DNA of 64,000 nucleotides. Source: Thalia democratica. Lineage: Eukaryota. A model generated the notes under the pieces. It did not search any database, was not told where the DNA came from, and saw nothing but the letters and a program-made list of their open reading frames with translations. The translations under genes were made by a program, and so were the position numbers. This document shows positions 13,329 to 22,615 of this stretch, in pieces. The stretch is taken from assembly GCA_965202585.1 (NCBI GenBank), contig OZ241830.1, positions 17,980,001 through 18,044,000 of the forward strand. The letters are read 5' to 3'. How positions within the stretch are numbered: the first letter of the stretch is position 1; every line of letters begins with the position of its first letter.

Positions 13329-14044
13329 GTTTGTTTATTTGCTATTGTTTAAATAACTTAATTGTTTACGTTAAACTTGTAGTTTTAAATAGAATCAGGA
13401 TCAAGACGGATCTTCAATTTATAATAAAGTCCAGATGAATAAGTTTGAAAGTATTCAAAATTTTAAGTTTATATAAAAAGATACTATCATTAAATTCAAT
13501 GCAAAACAACCACTGAAAATACATAAGCTCAAAAAAAAAAAAACTATAAAGGACTTAAAATCCACAGTTTTAAACACTTTTACTAATATAATTGACGATT
13601 TTGTTAACATTTTCTTATTGTTGGAAAACCTTTAACTAATTAAAAATTAAAAGTAAACTTATTCGTATAACCCTGTATGTAACATTAGTATATCTTTATT
13701 TATGTCTTATATATATTATTGTTACTGATTATTAAAATATGTTTTTACAGTAATTTAACTAGAATATTAGACTTTGAATACTCGTTCAACCGAAATTTAG
13801 CCTAAGTTACTTTAAATTATCTTAACTATTCTTAACCAAGTGCAATTTAATTAAACAACATCTGAAAACAGACGATTATCATTTTAAAAAATCAAACTCT
13901 ATTCTAATTAGCGTGTCCTGTAGATCAGTAGTTTTTATTTTAAAACTTTGAAAAAGAAATTATTTTCGAATTGTGTCAAGTAGAAATAATTCTCAATATA
14001 AAATTCTTAAATTTATTTTGTTATGGTATTTAGTTTTATTTTAG

Positions 14045-14530
14045 CTTTAAAATCGGAATTTTTTGAAGGGATTGATAATGAAAAAGTAAATGAAGTTTTT
14101 AGTGGAACTAAGAAAGCTTTAGATTACAGCATGAACATATGTTTAAATAAAAATTTACAGCATGAAGGGCTTCTAAATAAAGTAGAAAACAATATGAAAG
14201 AACTACAGGTAAACGATAAAAAAATAAGTGATTTTATATTGAGGAAATCTGTCGAACTAGAAATTGAAAACAAGGCATTGCAAGAAAACAACAAAGAAAT
14301 AATTAAATACCTTGAAATTTTGGAAAATTCGCTTAGACAGGCTCAGAACAAAACAGAATTCTTGAAAAAAGATTACGAAAGTTTAAAGTCAGAAAACAAC
14401 AATCTGTTGGCTGATTTAAAAACTACAAAACGGATAAAAACTAAAATTAAAATGTTAACAAGAAATGCAAGCGAAAAGCAAAATAATAACATTAATGATG
14501 TTCAGAGAACAAACTGCTATTCAACTAAAG
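14045..14530 (+). CDS. Unit A RING-CC-Kelch gene, coding exon 2: coiled coil
   Basis: Acceptor TTTTATTTTAG|CT at 14044 is phase 1 and joins exon 1 in frame (G+CT=Ala). Donor AAAG|GTATAT at 14531. Heptad-like L/E/K/N-rich sequence; 486 nt in all three copies. Confidence 0.8.
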
Positions 14531-14830
14531 GTATATTTATTTTTTTCTTTATTATTACTACAAGTTTTACAACTTTATATTACTTTACTTATATATTGTA
14601 TACGTAGTTCTTTTATTGCAATTTAAAGCTTTAATCATAAAACCAAAGCTCTCAGTAGACACAGGTTTCATTTTTATACAAAAATATTTTGCCTGAAATT
14701 TTACTAATATATAGTTTATTTTACGGCAAATCAAACCCTGCTTTGGTTACTATTACCTATTTTTTCTTTTTATTGTAATAACGTTATAAAGACTTGATTA
14801 ACTGTTGTAGACTTATTTTTTATTTTCTAG

Positions 14831-15735
14831 GTGCAGAAACCAATGAAATTAAAAGTTATATATACATTAGCGGAGGACAAAAAGATGAAAAAACTCACGA
14901 AAACTGTGTTTTAAAAATGGATACAAACATGGGTAAATGGGATCATTTTAAAACTATGGGTACACGTAGAAGTGAACATCAATCCTTACTAAAAGGAGAT
15001 CAATTGTATTTGATAGGCGGATATAATGGATCAGACTACGTTGATTCAGCTGAAAATGAGACCGTATATCTTAACGAGGAGTTAGCTACTAAAACGTTTC
15101 CTTTCATGCACAACAAACGGCTAAGCTTCGGAATGTGTTCTTTTGCAGAATGTGTTTTTGTCGGCGGAGGGTATCGAGAAGAAGGCGAAACCTTAGACAA
15201 TTGCGAAGTCTACAGTTTTGAAACTTGTGAATGGACTGAAGTTTTTAGTATGAACACTAAAAGAAGCGAATTTACTCTGACTTATTATCAAGGAAAAGTC
15301 TGGGCTATTGGCGGTTATTATCACTCAAATGACACAAATACATGGCTGAACACAATAGAAACATTCGATATTACAAAAAACAAATGGAAAACAAGCAATT
15401 TGAGGCTCCTAACTGAACGATCTGGACATAGCACTGTTGCTTACGATAAAAAACTCTTAATTGTAGGTGGCGAAAACAAAGATTCTTTTTTAGCTTCGGT
15501 TGAAGTTTATTCAAGCGAAACCAATCAGTTTAGCTTCGTTGCATCAATGAATATTCCACGATATAGTTTTGGATGCTGCGTTGTAAATTCAAGTTTGTAT
15601 GTGATGGGGGGATGGATTTTAGATTACGACACTCTAACAGATGAAGTTGCGATATACGACATTGAAAAAGATGAATGGAGAAGAGGTCCGAGTTTGCCTT
15701 TAAAATTGGCTGAATTTGCTTGCTCAAACACTTAA
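14831..15735 (+). CDS. Unit A RING-CC-Kelch gene, coding exon 3: six Kelch repeats (joined CDS 1977 nt, 658 aa)
   Basis: Acceptor TTATTTTCTAG|GT is phase 1. Six GG motifs (ISGG, LIGG, VGGG, AIGG, IVGG, VMGG) with the Kelch Y...W and R spacing. TAA at 15733-15735. Confidence 0.92.
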
Positions 15736-17239
15736 TGACCAGTTCTCATTTTACAACTCTCTAATTTTTTCTTGCTCTGAAACTTTATAATTTCTGCTTT
15801 TATTATAAGAATCTGCTAGTTATATGTTATCTAATAATATTTTTAGTTCCATGTTTTTAATAAAAAAGTTTAAATTTTTCTAGCTCTAAACAAAAGCTTG
15901 TACAGTTTTACCAAGTATAATATTTTTGTTAACTATATACAAACTTAAGTGATTGACTCACAATATTTTTCTTGTTTTCAATAAAGTTGTTAGTGTAAAA
16001 CTTTACTATTTTTGTTTTAATAGGCTTTATCTATACAAAAAACTTTGATCTTAAAAAAAAAATTATATTTAACAAAATATAAATTTTATACTTAAAATGA
16101 ACGCCATAAGTTTTATTTTATTACTATATCCTACTCATATTGTTTTAATTAACTATGTGTATTTTCCTTTACTTTCTTTTTTTTGTTTCGTTTGTTTTTT
16201 CTATATAAAATTAAAAAAAAAAAATTTAATTGTATTTAAGTATGTGTAAATAGTTCTAATAAAAACTAAACTAGGCATTAAATTTATTATAAGAAAAGTA
16301 ATTTTTTATAGTCCTTTAAACTTTAAGCTGAAAAAATGCCCATATTATTATAAAAATAGTATAAAGAAATAATTGCATATGAGTTTCCAGAGTGTTAAAA
16401 TAGATTAATAAAACATTTCTAAATTAAGTAATTTTAGTTATGTCTTAACTGCAATTGTTTTTATTACTCTTGGTGCTCAAAAATATAAGCTTGTGTAAAA
16501 CTCTAATGTATTGTTTAGTATAATTATATTAGTTAATTTAGTATAATTATCTTTTCTTTTAGTAGTAAACATTTTGTTGTTGATTTTAGTATATAGCTTG
16601 CTATTCAAGAATTTACTCTTTTATTTTAAAATAAATTATTTTCTATAGATAAAGTTTTCATTTTTTTGTTAATTTTAATATATAGCTTGAAAACTTGATT
16701 TATAGAAAACAAGTTATTATATAAGAAAACAGTAACTTCTTGAAAAGGAACGTAATGATTGGTATTAATAGTACAAATTGCGACAATGTTAAAACTATCC
16801 TGTATGCAAGGGTGGGCAACGATTTTAGTTGGCGAGCTAGGTGTGGAAAAATTAATTTGTGTATATTCTAAAGCGTTTAAGTTGCATTCAAGAAAAATAC
16901 TCAATTATTTAACGACAAATGATAATTTTAGGTGACCATTCTTTTTTATATATAATACAAACTTTAAATTTCTTACAAGTTTTATTTAAGCTTGTTCTTT
17001 ATCTTTATTTAATTTTCACAATATTAATAATAAGTTTCAAAATTTTGATTAGCAGGCAAGATGTACAAGCTTTCGGACCGCAGTTATATCTCTTTTAAGT
17101 TGGATACTGTTTAAATATTCTAGATGTTGTCCGTTTGGTGATTTTCGCTCTGCTTTTGTTTAGTTAAAGCAATCATCTTTGCAAACTTACACTAGAAATT
17201 TATCGTTAAATTGGATTTGTTTATACTGATACTCTTTTT

Positions 17240-18025
17240 ATTAAACAATAAAATTATACAATAAATCAAGAAGTTGGTGAAAATTACTTTAGAGAAAATA
17301 CTATATTTAAATTAAAGCTGCAAATAACTTAACTCGTAACGTAATGAATCGATTCATACAAAAAACTGCAAAAAAATCCAGTATGTTTGATAAGAACTTT
17401 CAAATTTAATTAACTAATGGTGGTTACTGTTTTGTCTGCATATTTTTAGCTATTATTAAAGTTCGATTTTACTTTTCTTTTTGATATTTATAAAGAAAAG
17501 GCAAGTGCAGTGGTTATTTATCACTCTCTTGTCTATACAGAGCAGGGTCAGCGACATTTTATGAGAAACAACCAAATTCACCTAAAAGGCTGTTTGCGAG
17601 CCACAGTTGTTTAATAAAATTTTAAATAAATAATAAATACAATATCGAATAGTAAATAAAATAAACATTAATTAGGCAGCAGTTTACTGACAAGGAAGTT
17701 TTTTTTATTATAAATTAGCACCAAATTCTTTATTTTATTTGAACTTTTTTAAAGTAAACGGCATGCCAATTGTTTCTGAGGGTCATATTTTATCAAACAA
17801 TTTATGTTTAAACTCAAAACAAATTATTCAAATACAATCAACAAACTTTAGTATGTTTACTGAAACTAAAAGACAAATACAAATATTTTGTAGAAATTTA
17901 TAAAAAAAAATTTTACTGTAAAAGTTCTAGATTTTAATTAGTTAATTGGTTTAAAGCTAAAAAAGCATTTAGTTTAAAATCATACTAAACTATTATCAAT
18001 ATAAATAAAAAGAATCTAAGTTAAA
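17240..18025 (+). repeat. First copy of a ~790-bp segment duplicated within unit A (second copy ~20325-21125)
   Basis: Shared blocks such as GGTGAAAATTACTTTAGAGAAA, CAAGTGCAGT(A/G)GTTATTTATCA and AAAAAGAATCTAAGTT occur twice in A but once in B; C carries only a partial copy. Confidence 0.85.
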
Positions 18026-18233
18026 CAAATAATTATTTATTCTTAAAATTTATTCAGTAAAATAGTTGTTTGCTAATACAAAATTATTAATATGCTACTT
18101 TTAATTATTAACCAAAAGTATTAGATGTCATATTAACAAAACTTTTAGTTTTTAAATAAAATATCTATTAATTTTGACAATAACAGTAAATTTTAAATAA
18201 AAAATCCACAAATATTTGAATTTATGCAAAGTA

Positions 18234-18323
18234 TGCAAAAGTGTCCCCTAGTGCAAAAGTGACGCTTCGTGCAAAAGTGACGCCGTGCAAAAGTGTCCCC
18301 TCGTGCAAAAGTGACCCGTTCCC
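18234..18323 (+). repeat. Five copies of TGCAAAAGTG at 16-18 bp spacing; probable terminus of a non-autonomous DNA element
   Basis: Motif at 18234, 18252, 18270, 18286 and 18304. Related cluster at ~46005-46066. Confidence 0.7.
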
Positions 18324-21300
18324 ATCCAAACTATACTTTAATTATTTAGTTATGATTCTTTATGTTTATAATATATATATACAATAAAACAAGAAGTTTG
18401 AAAAAACTGTAACGCTGTTCTAAGTTTTACTTGAAAACCGTTTTGTTTTTAAGAGAAAATTAAGATTTATTAAGAGCACTTATAATTCTTGCCCGGGCAA
18501 AGTATGATGAAACAAAAAGTGAGAAAGAGAATAAAGAGAATGAGAGTGCATTTCTCTTTTAAGGCGTATTATCAAAACTGCATGATGCAACGATTCATTT
18601 AATGTTTTTTGTCACAAGCTGATAAGGTGATACGACAGATTGAACTGTGCTGACAGAATGCTGAAGAGAATGTTTACAAGATTGATACTTGAATATTGGT
18701 ATTGAGTTGTTTTATAAGTTTTAGTATATATATTTATAATTGTATTTCTTAGATTTAAATATTCTTACATAAAGAAAGTTTTGAAAATCTCTTATTGTAC
18801 ATTTTATAGCTCCTTTGATATCAATAAGTGATTTACTTAAAGCACTTTTTACAGTTTATAATATAAAGCACTTTTCACATGAGTGACATACTTATATAGT
18901 TCTTGAAGCTTTTAACACTTTGTTTTGCATTTAATTTTGAGAATTTCTTAAAATATTATTGAGCTTTTTATAGTGGTTAATATACAGTATTTCATTATAC
19001 AAATTATATATTTAATATTTCTTGTAGTTTTAACAATTGATTTTGTATTCATTGAAGTTCGTTTAATAGAGAAACCCACTTAATTTTTGTGCCTGGCTAT
19101 TTATAGTAGTATATATTGATATCTAGTTATACTTAGTCTAGGGTAAAGTGATAACTATGTCAAATCCCATTAATAAAGTAACACTAAGATTAAGCCTTAA
19201 ACTTAAATGTTCTAGGGTAAATTAATCTTTTGATGTTGAGTCACCAACACCCACTAGTTTCAATACAACTGATTTAAATAAGTTTTCTATATTAAAGATG
19301 TGATTCTAGCTACAGAGTTCACTGCAGACACTTTATTTCGTTATGTTATAAGTTATTATAACATAATAAAAAGACTAGGGCCTGTGTTAAGTATGTCATT
19401 TCTATTATATACCATACTTGCCATGGAACTACTAATCACTTTATTCGTGTTTTTTTCATAATTCTTTTCTAAAACAAAGTCAATATATATGAAAAATCTA
19501 TTAAATCTATCGTTAAAAAGTTAAAGCTGTTTTTTATCTTACCATTTCTAGGTCAGGCGCTCTTGACGTTAAGAAACAATATTTACAACTGCTGGATTTA
19601 GGTCGTACTCACCTTTATGTTAAAATATTTTCTAAATTTTATGCCAAAATTTTCTGATTCTACATATAAAATTGGTATTTTTATTACAATATTATATTAA
19701 AAGTATTAAAGGTTCTTAAGTAGTTCAAATTAAAAACTTTTGTTTGAGTTAGCAAAAATTTCTATTGCTAAACTATAATGTAAAAGATAAGCGTAGAAAA
19801 GTAAAATAATTGTGCATATATATGTTCATATTTAATAAATAATTAGCGTTTATTATAAATTTGATCAATAAAGGATAAAAGTTATTCATATTTCCAGTTC
19901 AAAGGTCGGAAATAAACAGGTCCCAAAGTGCTAAACTTCAAGTATTAAAACTAACGCCGGCTGCAATTTTAGTTTTTTATCATTGTAAGTTTATTGTCAT
20001 ACGAAGGACCCAGGCATCAAAACCTAGGCCACTTATCCAGAAAGATATACAACAAAAAGACAAAAATAAACCAAAATTGTACATTAAAAATTAAAAAAAA
20101 AACTGAGTTTAACTAATTAAAGTTTAAAATTAACATAATATGACAAAAACTATAACATAAATTTTATAATTCCGGTGCTTCCGAAAAGAGAACAACAATA
20201 TCCTACTTCAACTTCACCCGAACAAATGGTTTCACTCCAAAACTGGTTTCACTTTCATTCGAACAACTGGCTTCACATTTTTTGAACAACTGGTTCAGCC
20301 TTCATTTGAGTAATTGGTTTAATTCAACAATAAAAGTGTACAATAAAATCAAGTAATTGGTGAAAATTACTTTAGAGAAATTAAGTTATTTAAATTAAAG
20401 CTGCAATTAATTTAATTCGTAACGTTAATCTATTCAAATAATAAACTGGCAAAAAGATCCAGTATGTTTTATAAGAATTTTCCAATTGGATTGACCAATG
20501 GTGGTTACTGTTTTGTCTTCATATTTTTAGCTGTTTTTAAAATTTAATTTTAGTTTTCTATTTGATGTTTACAAAAAAAAAAGACAAGTGCAGTAGTTAT
20601 TTATCAATCTTCTATCCTTAGAGAGCAGGGTCAATGAGATTTTATGAGGAACAACCAAATTCACTACAAAAGGCTATTTGCGGGCCACAGATGTTTTGGA
20701 AAGTTTTAATTATTAAATAACTAATAAACACAACAACGAATAATTCATTAAATTAATATTAATTAGGCAGCTGTTTACTGACAAGAAGGTTTTTTTTTTC
20801 ATTATAAATTAGCACCAATTTATTTATTTTTTCATTTTAATTTTTTTACGTAAACAGCATGGCAATTGTTTTTGAGAATCATAATTTACCAAACAATTTA
20901 TTTTTAAACTCAAAACAAATTATCCAAATTTTATCAACAAACTTGAGTATATTTATTTAAATTAAATAACAAATACAAGATTTGTAGAAATTTATAAAAC
21001 TTTTTTTGCTTTAAAAGTTCTAGATTTTAATTAGTTACACGATTTGTTTAAAGCTAAACAATATTTAGTTTAAAATCATACCAAACTATTATCAATATAA
21101 ATAAAAAGAATCTAAGTTGAACACTGATTTTAGCTTATGTGCAGACATAGTTTATGTTTAAGCAATAAAAAAATCAAAAGAGGCCAATAAAAACCAGTTT
21201 ATTTTCCAATAATGCTATAACTAGTCGGCCGTTTTTATTTCGTTTGTTATCCTTAATAGTTTACTTTTATAAACTTTATAAAAAGCTAATTCTAGGTTAA

Positions 21301-21689
21301 CTTTACAAACTAACGGACCTCACGAATCTTTCTTGTCCATTCATATGTGTGGTGATCTGAAGAAAAAATTATCTCCCTGTCTGTTTAAACCTTTACGAAA
21401 TTTACTTAATAAGCTGATAAAATCTTGAAACGAAAATTTTTCATTACATTATTTTCACTAATGTCATTACAAATTTTAGATTTATATAATTACCCGTTCA
21501 AAGCAAATAAGTGATCTTACACGAGGTTCCAAGGGGAGAAATCTAGAGTTTGCTTCACCTCCTGGTTTCTCCAAATTTTTTTTTTTCAAACATTGTCATC
21601 AGACAGTCTTTTGAAATAAAGACAGTCTACAGAGCCGAAGCTTGGACTTTTGTACGCCGTGAGACTAGCTCAAGTTCTCAAAAAGTTTT

Positions 21690-21765
21690 ATCATACCAAT
21701 TCCATCATCAGACATAGGTCTCAGTCTACCAAAGGCTTGTGGTCTGATGATCGAATTGAAATGAT
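21690..21765 (+). ncRNA. Candidate pre-miRNA-like hairpin (copy A)
   Basis: ~30-bp stem with an 11-nt loop. The inner stem needs G-U pairs that form only on the + strand. The 3' arm is invariant in three copies. Confidence 0.5.
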
Positions 21766-21924
21766 CAATCTTTTTGTGACTTTTATTTTTGTGTTAAATT
21801 TATATCTGTACAATTTTCTTAACTGACTAAAAGTAATAGCTGTTATGGTTTTATCTTCAATATCAAACTTTTTATAAGTTAAAGGGAGTTTTTCACGTCA
21901 AATAGTAATTTTGGTACAAAAAAA

Positions 21925-22115
21925 ATGTCTAAAAATTCATTCAGCTCAACGATTAATAACACTCATGGCGTGGAAGTAGAAACTAAGCTGCTTCTTTCTG
22001 CTAATAATTTCAATTAAGTTCACTCACAAGTCAAGAAAAGACGCAATAGAAAGGGAAATTCCTCACCAGGTTTACCTGAAGCGCCACACGGACTGACTCT
22101 TTGTGAAACGAGTTA
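21925..22115 (+). pseudogene. 5' fragment of a trypsin-family protease gene (signal region to EIPHQVYLK); overlapped by a 30-codon sORF in another frame
   Basis: KLSCFFLLII...KDAIEREIPHQVYLK resembles a signal peptide followed by the PYQVSL region. In-frame TAG (vs TAC in fuller copies) is shared by all three units. Confidence 0.75.
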
Positions 22116-22615
22116 AAAAACAAAATTTTTGCGTACTTTGTCAATACTAATCATTTCGTACTTTGTCAATATTAGAAAATATATTTTTAAATGTGCAAAT
22201 GTTTCTGCTTAGCTATTATTTAGCTTCGTTATATGGTTTGGTTGTTAGAATTGTATTATTATAAACTTTTGTTTAGATTTTTTGATACTTAGTCCTCAGC
22301 AAATAAAAATTAGCAATCTAAACAAAAGTACATACAAATAAAATTCTAACAACTAAACCGTATTACGAGTCACTACTTGAGAAATTTTACTATACTTGTC
22401 TTATGTCTTACATTGGTGTTATTTAAACAACAATGTGTTTTTGATTTATGTGTGTAAATAGAAAAATGTACAATTTCTATAAAAACTTGCCTTAAAAGTG
22501 ATAGCTGTTATGTTTTTATTTTTAATCTCACAATTTTTATAAGTTAATAACAAACCCTTTGTTACGTCAAATAATAATTTTGGTATAAAAAAATGCTATA
22601 AGTTTAATTAGCATC

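Noticed and set aside
13329-13438. Hydrophobic C-terminal tail of the 231-aa RING ORF as a transmembrane segment
   Set aside because: It lies past a good GT donor. Copy C has a 1-nt indel there that changes the tail, so it is intron read-through.
14531-14607. Tail-anchor-like hydrophobic end of the 194/209-aa ORFs
   Set aside because: It begins at a consensus donor, and T-rich introns naturally translate to F/I/L/Y. It cannot be excluded as intron retention, but nothing supports it.
13096-15727. Short antisense ORFs over the RING and Kelch exons (13096-13305, 15530-15727 and paralogs)
   Set aside because: They are shadows of the sense coding frame with no independent signal.
16626-16904. 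92-aa minus-strand ORF (also 58691-58969)
   Set aside because: It starts at a non-ATG codon, has no domain, and is conserved only between the near-identical A and C copies; the B homolog is not reported as an ORF.
18504-18622. C/D box snoRNA (ATGATGA...CTGA)
   Set aside because: No terminal stem, no recognisable rRNA antisense element, and no paralog in B or C.
19282-19461. ~59-codon hydrophobic open frame (…LLYTILAMELLITLFVFF)
   Set aside because: No convincing start or splice sites, single copy, and no recognisable domain.
21600-21748. CTGATGA motifs in the hairpin block as hammerhead cores or C/D boxes
   Set aside because: No stem II plus GAAA is conserved in all copies, and the k-turn stem is poor. 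The two motifs at 21705-21750 are explained as arms of the long hairpin.
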